A stretch of 64,000 bases of DNA from Giardia intestinalis. Lineage: Eukaryota. Positions 47,816 through 57,958 of this stretch are shown piece after piece. The position numbers and the translations under genes were made by a program. The notes under the pieces are model-generated. The model was not told the origin of the DNA, searched no databases, and saw only the letters and a program-made list of their open reading frames with translations. Every line of letters starts with the position of its first letter. Positions within the stretch are counted from its first letter, which is position 1. The DNA lies in assembly GCA_000002435.2 (NCBI GenBank), contig CM018791.1; one strand, 5' to 3'.

Positions 47816-50800
47816 ATGAGAGGCTCGTCTCCTTCACAATATAGGAAAACTGGGTTGAGTGCACAGCTTGCTGCACCCCCACAGCCACTCCAAAGACCTG
47901 AAGACTGGGCTTTACCAGACAGCCAGTCTGCCGCTCGCGTCAACGCGACTAGAATTCCAGAGCATTATTGGCGGGTTCCTAAGGATACTCTGACATACGT
48001 TAATGGTGTACCTATGCGACAAACAGATGCCGACACAATTTTTCCATCGAGTGAGCCGCGGACAGAGGCAGAGCGTTTATGGTTGTACAACTTTTCTTCC
48101 GACGTCCTGAGTCATGTGACAGGCCGTGCGTCATACTTAAATCTCAACAAAGAGGGAGACATTCGATTTGTACTGCACGGGATTAATCTTCTCCAAATCT
48201 TCTGCTTTGAAATATCGCGACATGTGGCCTGCATAACGCTTGACAAGCAGACGTATCCTTATGAGAAACTGGCTGAACTACTTGTTTCTATCTCCCACTC
48301 ACTCCAAGGCCTAAATGAGAATCTGACCCATTACGCAGCAAATGAGGCATCACATGCGCCATTACTATCGGATCTTTCTAACTTTTATCGATACACTAGT
48401 CCGGGAACAGATATCACTAACTTATATGCAGACGTCCGATCAACCACAGCCATAGACACAGAGACATCATTGGCCCTTATAACAGAGTTAGAGCGGCGTC
48501 TCAGCGAGGAAAAGGAGAGCGCGAAGAAGCGCGAGACTGAATTAGAACAACGAATCAAGTCCCTAGAATCAGAGCTTGCTGCCCAGAAGAAGAACTCCTC
48601 CCGGTTAGAGCTAGAGCTCAGTGCCACCAAGACTATCAGAACAAACATCACATCAACACACTCATTAGGGAAGGGCCTCAGTGCTAGCGCGAGCAATTTG
48701 GCCCAAGGCTCCTCTGCCCCAGGAATATCTGCAGAAGATTCTTTAACAGACCTGAAGCCCCATGCGGCAAGAAAGCCACATAGCCTGAACACTGATATGA
48801 TAACAACGAACATCTACTCCTCATTTGCCCCAGCTCCAGCTCCAATGACTCAAGCATCTTCCTCAATCAGACTTTTGCCCCAAAACGTCACAGATATATA
48901 TGGGAACATTAGCACAATGTCTATGCAGCGTAGCCAGCCTCGTGGAGAAGGAGCAGTCCTCCAGCGCATCAGCGAGATGCCGGTTTCACACAATCTCACC
49001 GGGCAGCAGACTCTTGGAGACGGTGCTGATTACACGGTGCTACGTAGCTGCACAGGTGGGTCTCAAAGGATGCTTGATCGCTTTGGAAAGCGAGAAGCTG
49101 ACCTGGATCACGTAGAGACTGTCCCAAGCACGCTTGAGGTGTCCAACTGTCGTGACTCCAGCAGGATTGAGCTCCATAGCGGAAGGACAGACCCGTCACA
49201 GAGGTCGTCAGCCATCTTTCAAACTATAGGCAACCTAATGTCTGCACAGCTAACGGCGTCACATCGCATTCCCAGTCGTCCCCAAACGGCCCCAGACCCA
49301 GAGTATCCTAGTCTTTCTTACAGGAGCACACAAGAAATCGGGCCGTCCGTCAATTCATCAATAGATATAACAAGGTTACAACGGAAAAACTGGGCTGATG
49401 TAACAATGAAAGACACCAGAGGGAGGGCATCTGAAAAGCTCATCAACAGCTCCGGACACCAAGACGTACCTGATCCCACCGCTACTCTTGTTCTTCCAAA
49501 GGGCTTAGCAAGCGCTGCATCCAAGTTTTTAGGGGCTATCATGAGCCTTGATGAAGATGACGCCTGGAGGCTGGAGGCCAACCTAACCCGTCAACTGACA
49601 AGGAATACATTAGACACGCCCTTAGCAGGAACTTACAATAAGGACCTTGGCCATGTACTGCTACGACAATCGAATGATACCCAAGCCTTTTCATTACTTA
49701 ATCCTATATGCATGTCACACGAAAAAGCTATCGGAGAAATAGATTTATCTGCAGATAATTTCAGAATTACGTTTCGAGCTATTCCAGAAGTAGCCTCGGG
49801 GCAGAAATCACTTTTTTCCGGCCAAGTCGCACAAGGTTGGACAGACGATTATTTACAGCAATATATGCGTGAAGTGGATCTTACCAATACTGGCACACAT
49901 TCGTCTCGACCGCTACTGCTCAGCGGCCATTCTAATTCCTTGCCGGCCGCGTCTTCATCCCTCGCTGTCTTCAACAACTCGATTGAATCAGGAATAGTAG
50001 AACCCCAACATACTCTTCCACAACCACTAAAGTCTGCTGTTGGACGTCATATTCCCATCCTGAGCAAAAATCGCTATATAAACCCTGAGGTGAGGCCCAA
50101 GACTAGTTTGAAGCCAGCAAGAATGTCCAAACGTTCCTCTACCAGTACATCACCAACAAGGCATAATATGTCTACTGACCCCGTGGCTGAGGTAGAGGCT
50201 GACAATCTTCCTCCCAACCAGTCAGCGCACGAGTTCATTACCGAGGCAGATGCGTTCCAGGGGATGATAGCTCTGGGAGAAAAAGATATGTCGCCAGCAC
50301 TTGCAGATCCCTCTGCACATACAGTTACATGCAGAACTCTTTATTCTAAGACGCGAGCAGAGCTACACACTATTTATCGACATATCTACTCCTTAAGGAG
50401 CACAGGAAGTGACACCTCAGTGGCTGATCGAGGCTCAGAAGAAAAGATCCTTTTGCAACCTCGCTACATAAGCCAGTATACAAAGATAGTTGATGCCCTG
50501 CTGCAAACAGAGAACGGATTGCAATCAATCCCCTTCATAAAGGGCCCATCTTATCTAGAGTCACAGTATGGACAGAGTGATCAGAAGAAGGAGTCTATCA
50601 TGCTTCTAACACGAAAGCTCTTTTGTAGTGACTCAATTTTCTCATTCACTACCAATGATAACATTTTTCAGGCTTTGAACGAGCGTATTGCTACTGTTTC
50701 TCAACAAGAGCTCCGAGACGTTTTATGGTGTGACTTTCTCACACAATGGAATTCACTGACCAACGGTATTACTGGACAAGAGACAAAGCAAGCTGCCCTA

Positions 50801-53200
50801 ATATCGAGATGCCTTGAGAACATGTGCCGAAAGTGGGACATACTGCCTCTTATCAAGCTCATTCTATGCTACAAGTTCGACTTACACACATCAATCCGTT
50901 TAGACGACCTAACACTCTTTAAAACCGGGAATAAAAATGGATCTAGTTCTGTGATGCAAATGTTTACACATCCAGGATTCTTTTCTGGGGCAAGCAAGAC
51001 ATATTTCATGGGTCTATCTAAGACCACGCATCTCTATAAGATCCTAAAGCCATCTATGCGGGTATTTTGTGCAAAGCTGGACTCAGCAGCTTCTAGAACA
51101 GCATCTCATGCTAGTATCAAGTCTACTACACAAGCTAGAATAAGTGTAGAGGAACAAAAGGGCCTTATGCATCTACGATCAATCGTTTCAAGTATTGGTT
51201 ATGTACTTCTCGATCTACGCGCAGTTTTGGGGATTATTCATGAGCTGATCATTCAAAGGCATGCATCTTGTGAGCTTTCTGCCAAAAAGGACGCTAGCTA
51301 CAATCCTATGGACAGGTTTGTTCTTGAGGTCTTCATGCACCACAATTCTATGGATATTGATAGAACACATCGCGCACTAATTTCTTTTCTTCTTAGCATT
51401 CAAGTCTATGTTCTCTGTGATCATCTATCAGAGGATTTTGGGGCAGAGTGTAAAGATGAGGACAACCAATTGGATAGTCTCTGGCCAGGTTCTAGGCACA
51501 GCCCGACACGTCCACTTTCTATAGCCTCGCATGCAGGTGCAATGTATAAACTGAATGAAGCTGGTGAATCCGATGAAGATGAGACATCTCTTTTCGATGA
51601 TCCTGTCCTGGATGACGCACCCGTGAAAGTCAGGCCAGCATCAGAGGCATTAGGCATCTTCCAATGTAACGAGTTTCTTCTCGTATTTCTGGAAATGCTT
51701 TCTTCGTCAGATCACGTCATCACTGAATACCTCTGTTATTCCTATATAATGCTCCATGAATGTAGTGGCGCCAAATATCCCTATCCATTTATCGGCTTAG
51801 ACTCGGTACTCTTGTTGATTAGAAAGCTGCTTCCAGAGCTTCCAGGGCCATATTTTGCATTACTGAATTCGTCGCTCAAACACATAGCTGTTACTGATAG
51901 GTGTGATGCGCCCGTATTAGATGTAGGCACTGTGCTCCGCATACTAGGCTCTCAAAAACGTATGGTGCGACTTATGCTTATGAATGCAGTCGCAGAGGAG
52001 TACGGCCGCTTGCTCACCAAGGAGACTATTCCGCAAGCAGGACCTTCTCTCGAAGACATCCCTAGAGCAATAGAATCTGGGGACAGATTGATACCAGATA
52101 CCACCTCTCCAATGACAGCTGGAGGTCGTCGTGATCCGACAAAGAAACCCAAGTCGTCGATCAAACAAAAGCGAGAGAACAAATCCATCGATGAGTTGAA
52201 GACGTCCTGCTACCTCGACGTCCCAATCACCTATGAGAACTTTGTCACGGTAATCTCTAAGACAGGAGGCGCTCTTTTCCCAGCAATGACTGCTAAATAC
52301 TATTATGCTGCAATGTGGAATGCAGCTGTCGACAAAGCTGAGTCTACTTCCACGCGTCCATCTACATTAGGATCGGGGTTGGAGCCTGGGTCCCACATCA
52401 GTTCAAGCATGCCATCCCTAAGACGTATCTTCTCTATACTTCCATATGTTGCATACGAGCCATTTCCTTGTCTGTTCAAGATCCTCTCTCGGAAAAGCAA
52501 ATTATTCTCTACGCAAAGACTTTACTATGGGCATGAGGTAAGCGCTCAGCATGATATCCAGGCCCTTGTGCTTCGGTATGCCCTGTGTGGAGATAGATAT
52601 GGGCATATTCAAGAGCTTCGAGGAACTCTCAAAACCATTGTCTATGAGCTGGAGGCTCCAGTCAAGCGGCTTGTTTCCATGTTGACATGTGAGGCTAATG
52701 GATTGGCATACAATATGGAGCCATTTTATATATCTGCGCGTTTGTCTGGCTCCATCACCACCACCACTACCAGTGTTTCAACTGTCTGCTCCCCTGAAGC
52801 TACTAAGTGCTCTATTAGCTCTCTATCTTATACAATGCCAGCTAGGAGACACCTCTCTGCAATGGCTATGCAGCTGACCGCACTTTATGCCTCAGCAAAG
52901 CTCACCATTGGAGACAACTCGCTTCCAGACGACGCTTTGGTGGATGTCATCAGCACAATAAGAGAACTTAGCATTCAGATGCACATATCTTACCAGTCCT
53001 TGCGTCCTTTCAACAGCAGCATCACTGGGCTCCTATATGAATTACAAGACCGATTACAAGGTGTTGTGCGCTGTGACTCTTACTTGTGCAAAAATGTTAC
53101 AGCTGAAGAGATGCTTCGGGAAACTTTGGGCGTTGACAACATCAGTGGGCCACTGGCACGGATACTGGGCATGGCACGCAACTCCATACATATCCAGTAG
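47816..53200 (+). CDS. Very large hypothetical protein (~1795 aa) with an N-proximal coiled-coil.
   Basis: The ORF-track start at 47804 is GTG. The first ATG at 47816 follows caggagaaaATG. Coiled-coil at ~48480-48640 (LITELERRLSEEKESAKKRETELEQRIKSLESELAAQKK). It is preceded by a ~360 bp A/T-rich intergenic region. Confidence 0.8.
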   Translation: MRGSSPSQYRKTGLSAQLAAPPQPLQRPEDWALPDSQSAARVNATRIPEHYWRVPKDTLTYVNGVPMRQTDADTIFPSSEPRTEAERLWLYNFSSDVLSHVTGRASYLNLNKEGDIRFVLHGINLLQIFCFEISRHVACITLDKQTYPYEKLAELLVSISHSLQGLNENLTHYAANEASHAPLLSDLSNFYRYTSPGTDITNLYADVRSTTAIDTETSLALITELERRLSEEKESAKKRETELEQRIKSLESELAAQKKNSSRLELELSATKTIRTNITSTHSLGKGLSASASNLAQGSSAPGISAEDSLTDLKPHAARKPHSLNTDMITTNIYSSFAPAPAPMTQASSSIRLLPQNVTDIYGNISTMSMQRSQPRGEGAVLQRISEMPVSHNLTGQQTLGDGADYTVLRSCTGGSQRMLDRFGKREADLDHVETVPSTLEVSNCRDSSRIELHSGRTDPSQRSSAIFQTIGNLMSAQLTASHRIPSRPQTAPDPEYPSLSYRSTQEIGPSVNSSIDITRLQRKNWADVTMKDTRGRASEKLINSSGHQDVPDPTATLVLPKGLASAASKFLGAIMSLDEDDAWRLEANLTRQLTRNTLDTPLAGTYNKDLGHVLLRQSNDTQAFSLLNPICMSHEKAIGEIDLSADNFRITFRAIPEVASGQKSLFSGQVAQGWTDDYLQQYMREVDLTNTGTHSSRPLLLSGHSNSLPAASSSLAVFNNSIESGIVEPQHTLPQPLKSAVGRHIPILSKNRYINPEVRPKTSLKPARMSKRSSTSTSPTRHNMSTDPVAEVEADNLPPNQSAHEFITEADAFQGMIALGEKDMSPALADPSAHTVTCRTLYSKTRAELHTIYRHIYSLRSTGSDTSVADRGSEEKILLQPRYISQYTKIVDALLQTENGLQSIPFIKGPSYLESQYGQSDQKKESIMLLTRKLFCSDSIFSFTTNDNIFQALNERIATVSQQELRDVLWCDFLTQWNSLTNGITGQETKQAALISRCLENMCRKWDILPLIKLILCYKFDLHTSIRLDDLTLFKTGNKNGSSSVMQMFTHPGFFSGASKTYFMGLSKTTHLYKILKPSMRVFCAKLDSAASRTASHASIKSTTQARISVEEQKGLMHLRSIVSSIGYVLLDLRAVLGIIHELIIQRHASCELSAKKDASYNPMDRFVLEVFMHHNSMDIDRTHRALISFLLSIQVYVLCDHLSEDFGAECKDEDNQLDSLWPGSRHSPTRPLSIASHAGAMYKLNEAGESDEDETSLFDDPVLDDAPVKVRPASEALGIFQCNEFLLVFLEMLSSSDHVITEYLCYSYIMLHECSGAKYPYPFIGLDSVLLLIRKLLPELPGPYFALLNSSLKHIAVTDRCDAPVLDVGTVLRILGSQKRMVRLMLMNAVAEEYGRLLTKETIPQAGPSLEDIPRAIESGDRLIPDTTSPMTAGGRRDPTKKPKSSIKQKRENKSIDELKTSCYLDVPITYENFVTVISKTGGALFPAMTAKYYYAAMWNAAVDKAESTSTRPSTLGSGLEPGSHISSSMPSLRRIFSILPYVAYEPFPCLFKILSRKSKLFSTQRLYYGHEVSAQHDIQALVLRYALCGDRYGHIQELRGTLKTIVYELEAPVKRLVSMLTCEANGLAYNMEPFYISARLSGSITTTTTSVSTVCSPEATKCSISSLSYTMPARRHLSAMAMQLTALYASAKLTIGDNSLPDDALVDVISTIRELSIQMHISYQSLRPFNSSITGLLYELQDRLQGVVRCDSYLCKNVTAEEMLRETLGVDNISGPLARILGMARNSIHIQ

Positions 53201-53310
53201 CTTTTCTTTCTCTGCGCTATCTCTGCCATAGTATATTGTTTTATCTTTTTGTGCACATTAGTTTACACCGGTTCTGTAAGTTCAATTAGGTCATGTTGTA
53301 TACTAGCGGA

Positions 53311-54009
53311 CTACTCTGGGAAATCAAACTCACTATCTCTCGGGGAGCTTTCTGTTACGCTCAACCCTGCAGTGGCTTGTGACATGTAAGAAAGGCTCTC
53401 TTCCCTTCTAATCTTTATGCGGATTTTCTGAAGGTAGGACTCCACGTTTTGGCGGGTAAGATTGGGAAATTCGTCCTGAATTAGGTTCAGAATGCGGGAA
53501 GGGGTAGCCCTTGTGACTCCGAGTTGGTATATGGCTGCGTCTGCCTTCTTCCTGAACGCCTCTGTCCATGAGAATTTGGTCTTAGCTGGAGCGAGAGACA
53601 TTTGCGGCACTATTCTGTTATATATGTTTAATAACTCCATTAGGACGCTTTGGTTCATCATGTCACTATAGGTTATCATGCTTTCCTCAGTGTGCGTGAC
53701 TATTGCCACAATCTTTCGTAGTGAGTGCAGTAACTGGGCCACTTGTTCGACAGTTACGCCATTTCGTGCAAACTGGGTACACAATGGACAACAGGAGGTT
53801 ACGGCGATACTTGAATCGTGGCTGTTGATGGATAGCTCTTGGGAGACTACCTCTGTTTTGGATGGAATGATACTGCTGTTCTCTAGTCTATCAGTCTTTG
53901 CTTTTTGTGCTTTCATGTGATAGTACGCCATACGCACCGCGACGTTCTTGCTGGTAAGGCTAGTGCTCTTCCTAATTCTATTGTCCTTTTTTGCACTTGA
54001 CTCGGGCAT
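53311..54009 (-). CDS. Myb/SANT-like DNA-binding protein of the SHAQKYF (GARP-like) class (232 aa).
   Basis: The single Myb-like repeat WTEAFRKKADAAIYQLGVTRATPSRILNLIQDEFPNLTRQNVESYLQKIR (~53410-53570) matches the W..E.H..F..A...LG...A.PK.I......LT...V.SHLQKYR pattern. ATG confirmed at 54007-54009. Confidence 0.6.
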   Translation of the reverse strand: MPESSAKKDNRIRKSTSLTSKNVAVRMAYYHMKAQKAKTDRLENSSIIPSKTEVVSQELSINSHDSSIAVTSCCPLCTQFARNGVTVEQVAQLLHSLRKIVAIVTHTEESMITYSDMMNQSVLMELLNIYNRIVPQMSLAPAKTKFSWTEAFRKKADAAIYQLGVTRATPSRILNLIQDEFPNLTRQNVESYLQKIRIKIRREESLSYMSQATAGLSVTESSPRDSEFDFPE

Positions 54010-54407
54010 CTAATAATTGAAGTGTTTTTTCTCGCTAGTCAAGTACCATCCAAGCCTATCGATTGGATTGTTTATTTTTAAAAAGGATCAATCATAGACA
54101 ATCTCGGTTTTAGTGTAAACAGAAAAGCGAAGGAACAGGTCCGAGTGACAGGTAGGTAACTCCTCTATGTCTCTTGGTGTCAATCTATCATCTACAGACC
54201 TCTTTTCTGCAAAGAGTTCGTAACAGTTAAGACTGACAAGTAAGAATACTTAGACCGACAAAATCGATTGAATCGACAAATGCACTCAGCCCAAGTGTGC
54301 TCTCTGGCTCTTATGTTTACTGATGGTACAGATGCATGCCATATGTACACACTAGGATGGGCTCTGCTTAGAGTAATGGTAACTATATTGGTGCTACACT
54401 ACTAGAT

Positions 54408-56558
54408 TCACCCTACCAGACTCATGATGTCATCTTCTAGGACGTGGCGGTAGTATTGTGTCTTCGGCATGTGCATACTTGCTAACTTGGATTTGTGGTC
54501 GCGAATTGCACGCACCAGTGCGTCTCCAGATGGAATCGGCAACGCCAGGCGGCAATTGATGCCGGGAAGAACAAGCGTATCCTCAGAACCATCCGCTTTT
54601 CTAGCTACTCCACAAAATGAGATCATATCTTTAATTATCCCTGGTATGAACTGAGCGCCTTGATCAGATGTTTCAAATATCCAATGTGCGTCTCTCGAGA
54701 AGATCGTGAGGACTTTGTAACGATTTTGGATCTGGTAAATGTCATCCAATGGAACCGCACTGGCACCATCTAGCTCGTAGTAGTCTATGTGGATGGGGTA
54801 CGTGCTCAGCAATTTGTTCTGGTAGTAAACTGCTAGGCGACAATACCGGATACAGGCCAACTCTAGAGACGAAGGAGAAAATCGTGCCTCATCATCCTTT
54901 TCTACCAAGTAGTCTGGGTCCTCGAATCGCCCAATCTTCTCTGTGCACTGTTCAACGCTTATTCCAAGCAAAGTGGTGTAAAACCAGATGATCCTGGCTA
55001 TTATAAAATACATTACATAGTAATAAAACGGCACCTCGGTCTTGTAGAGATAGCCTGCGGGCTCGAAGAGACGATAGTACGGAAGTAAGCCAAACTCGAG
55101 AGCCCAGCATCCTAGGAGACAGCGAAGCCTTTCGTATGCTTTCCTCGTTTTATCATTCACTGAGAAAGCACTCTTGATTGTGTCTAACTCTGTAAACCAG
55201 ACCATGAAATGACTATAACAGAACTTTCTATAAATTCTGTCCAAATTGAGGACATTTCCCAGTGAGGTGGCCATGGCCAACCTGGATAGTGTGTCAGATG
55301 CCATATTAACTACATCGTTAATAGACCTGGATAGAGACTTGCAGAGCAAACTATCTATCCGGCGAACATATTCTATTGCTTGCAGAGTAACAATAGAGCG
55401 ATTAACACTATAGAACGTGGATAGCTTCTCCACAATGGTAAAGGGCCGCTTTTGAATGCACAACTGATAGACTGATAGGTATGCATCTTTAAAGAAATCT
55501 ACACCGTTCCCCAGTTCGGTTAACATTGCAAAAAAGAATTTTCGAGACGAGTCCATGTACCTATAGATACCCTCAGGTGAGAACTGTGTAGAAAGAGGCT
55601 TTTCTTTTTCAGGGAGAGTCCTGGAGTCCAAGCGTGCGATAGTGTAGACGGCGTAAACCTTAGAGTGGTACATATTATTATGATAGTAGTTGGACAAGTA
55701 CTTTGAATAGTTCAGCTCATGCAACCAGGAAAAGGATAGGTCAAGGGCCTGAGTAAGGTGCATAATATCTTCAAGGAGCTGAGAGGAACGCTTGGGAGTG
55801 ACACCGTTGGCCACGCCCGCGGTAACTATCTGAATCAGAACAAAAAGACTGGTCTGGTAGTATGCTGGAACATCTTTCCGGGACTTTTCTTCCAGATTTA
55901 GGACTTTTATAAACACTCCGTAGGGGAAAACCGCACTATATCCATCATAAAAGATCGACTCTATCTCTGAAAGACTGAGGTACATGGCGTAGTGCAGTAG
56001 ATCAAGATTATAATCATCGTTGTGCTTGCATTTTGCGGCAGAAAAGGCATTCCTGTGGATTGAACCTAATAAGACAGCAGATAGAAGGATTGCATAGACG
56101 GAGAATAAAATATAAAGTTGAGTATTTGTTATGCCTGGTATGGATGAGCGTACGTATGCCAAGAGGGTACTTTCTGTTTCCTGCGCCGCCTTCTGCACCG
56201 TCTCGCTGGAGGCCCTTGCTTTAAGATAACTTCTTAGCAGGTCAATAGCTTGCGCAACAATGCCATGATATGAGAGGGACACGGGGACCATGGACTCCGT
56301 GAGGCAGAAGAAGTCACAAAGCACCCCATAGACTGCCTCTTCAGGCGTCAAGGCGCTGATCAGCTGCGTCAGGGAGAGGCGAGTGTCCTCGTCTTTCAGG
56401 CAGGAAATGGCATCAAGCGCCGGGTTTCCATACTCTGGCACTCTGAGGGCTTCTGAGAAAGACAGTGATGGGCTCATAAAATAAGTCTTGGGGGTGAGAT
56501 TGGCAGCAGAAGTGAAGAAGTCGGTAGTGACATCAATAAGCTTTTCCGGCTCGGGCAT
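54408..56558 (-). CDS. Hypothetical protein (716 aa) with at least two hydrophobic (possible TM) segments.
   Basis: ATG confirmed at 56556-56558. Hydrophobic stretches LYILFSVYAILLSAVLLGSI and YYYVMYFIIARIIWFYTTLLGI. No recognised domain. Confidence 0.7.
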   Translation of the reverse strand: MPEPEKLIDVTTDFFTSAANLTPKTYFMSPSLSFSEALRVPEYGNPALDAISCLKDEDTRLSLTQLISALTPEEAVYGVLCDFFCLTESMVPVSLSYHGIVAQAIDLLRSYLKARASSETVQKAAQETESTLLAYVRSSIPGITNTQLYILFSVYAILLSAVLLGSIHRNAFSAAKCKHNDDYNLDLLHYAMYLSLSEIESIFYDGYSAVFPYGVFIKVLNLEEKSRKDVPAYYQTSLFVLIQIVTAGVANGVTPKRSSQLLEDIMHLTQALDLSFSWLHELNYSKYLSNYYHNNMYHSKVYAVYTIARLDSRTLPEKEKPLSTQFSPEGIYRYMDSSRKFFFAMLTELGNGVDFFKDAYLSVYQLCIQKRPFTIVEKLSTFYSVNRSIVTLQAIEYVRRIDSLLCKSLSRSINDVVNMASDTLSRLAMATSLGNVLNLDRIYRKFCYSHFMVWFTELDTIKSAFSVNDKTRKAYERLRCLLGCWALEFGLLPYYRLFEPAGYLYKTEVPFYYYVMYFIIARIIWFYTTLLGISVEQCTEKIGRFEDPDYLVEKDDEARFSPSSLELACIRYCRLAVYYQNKLLSTYPIHIDYYELDGASAVPLDDIYQIQNRYKVLTIFSRDAHWIFETSDQGAQFIPGIIKDMISFCGVARKADGSEDTLVLPGINCRLALPIPSGDALVRAIRDHKSKLASMHMPKTQYYRHVLEDDIMSLVG

Positions 56559-56699
56559 CCTCTTCTGTCAACGCAAGTTAGTGAATCCTAATCAATAATT
56601 TGCAAAACAAATACAAAATATTTTGCAATTTTAATTGCTTGCAAATGACCAGTAATCTAGGTCTTACGCACTTGGGGGGTCTGGCAACTTCTTGCCGGG

Positions 56700-57902
56700 A
56701 TGAATTGCTGCGGCGGGAAGCGGGGCTCCAGGATCTTTGTTAATCGGTCTGTATCCCCTATGCTGTCGTCCTCTTTAGATGAATCAGCTGTCATCGAAGA
56801 GAAGTGTCAGTACACATTAGTCCCTCTAGAGGATCTCGAGGTGGAGCGGTGCTCCTCAGATCTCTTCCCACAGTCGTCCACTTTATTATCATCCTCATCA
56901 GTAAGCGCAACTCCTCCTTGTGGGCCTCCTTTACTTGAATTCGACAACAGTAGGCAACCGAGCACCTCTGCAAGTACGCAGTGCTATATACCATCCCAGA
57001 ACTCTGATTTCCCTGCACAAGGTAGCGTTCTTCATAATCCTGATCACTCCATCGGCGAGGTTTCTTCTAAAGAACCATACTCGGTGGATGAACACGGAAA
57101 TCAGCTCTATCCCACGGACTCCAAGGGCCGTGAATACTATGCCTCTGCTGATGGTAACGAAATCTATGCCCTGGATAACTGTGGTTGCGAATATTATGCA
57201 AAGAGAGCAGATTCTCAGGAATATTACGCTAAACTTGCCAACGGAGACGAAAGGCTGGCCAAGAATAGTTTGGGAGATGAGATGTACGTGACAGATTTGA
57301 ATCATATGGAGTTATATCCTCACACGGCGTGCGGAGACCCTATTTTCGCTAAAGATGCTGACGGGAATGAAATGTACGCTTATTCTGGAGAGCTTAGGCA
57401 AGAGATATATCCGTGTGATCAGCGACGCTGGCAGGTCTATGCACGCCTTGCCACTGGCGCCCAGGTCTATGCCAGAGCTGCAACGGGAAGCGACTATTAC
57501 GCACAGGATCCATTTGGAAGCGAAATCTTGGCTAAGGATGACAATGGGTCAGAGTATTATGCATGCGACGGTGCTAACAATGAGTTCTATCCATTAGATG
57601 CAATTGGGAACACGATTTATCGTCGTGCGCTAGAGAATGGGAGGGAGTTCTACGCCCGTGCTAAAAATGGCGACGAGCATTATGGAAGCAACGCATTGGG
57701 TGATGAGATCTATGCGACTGATGAGTCTGGGAACCAGTACTATTCATCAGACTTCACAGGTAGACGCATATATGCCAAAGACCGTCACGGCCTTTATTAT
57801 TCTGCACATTCCATTACAACACAGAGCACCCACACTGTTGCAGATGACAGACAGGCAGCAGTGGACGAGGACCCAGTACAACTTCTCTCTGCAAGTAATT
57901 AG
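56700..57902 (+). CDS. Tandem-repeat protein (400 aa): about 24 consecutive copies of a 10-residue unit D-x-x-G-x-E-x-Y-A-x.
   Basis: Residues ~120-360 can be parsed into successive decamers (DSKGREYYAS / ADGNEIYAL / DNCGCEYYAK / RADSQEYYAK / ... / DESGNQYYSS / DFTGRRIYAK). The Gly at position 4 and Tyr/Ala at positions 8-9 are nearly invariant. The DNA copies are diverged (not a recent expansion). Confidence 0.7.
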   Translation: MNCCGGKRGSRIFVNRSVSPMLSSSLDESAVIEEKCQYTLVPLEDLEVERCSSDLFPQSSTLLSSSSVSATPPCGPPLLEFDNSRQPSTSASTQCYIPSQNSDFPAQGSVLHNPDHSIGEVSSKEPYSVDEHGNQLYPTDSKGREYYASADGNEIYALDNCGCEYYAKRADSQEYYAKLANGDERLAKNSLGDEMYVTDLNHMELYPHTACGDPIFAKDADGNEMYAYSGELRQEIYPCDQRRWQVYARLATGAQVYARAATGSDYYAQDPFGSEILAKDDNGSEYYACDGANNEFYPLDAIGNTIYRRALENGREFYARAKNGDEHYGSNALGDEIYATDESGNQYYSSDFTGRRIYAKDRHGLYYSAHSITTQSTHTVADDRQAAVDEDPVQLLSASN

Positions 57903-57958
57903 CCAGTCGTCAAGTGCATTTACACCTTAAATTGTGTTTTCAATGACTTGTCACCGTT

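Noticed and set aside
54010-54407. Possible tRNA or snRNA in the ~400 bp spacer between the Myb gene and the 716-aa gene.
   Set aside because: No cloverleaf-compatible acceptor/T-arm pairing or box A/B-like motifs could be found by eye. This cannot be excluded without a tRNAscan or Infernal run.
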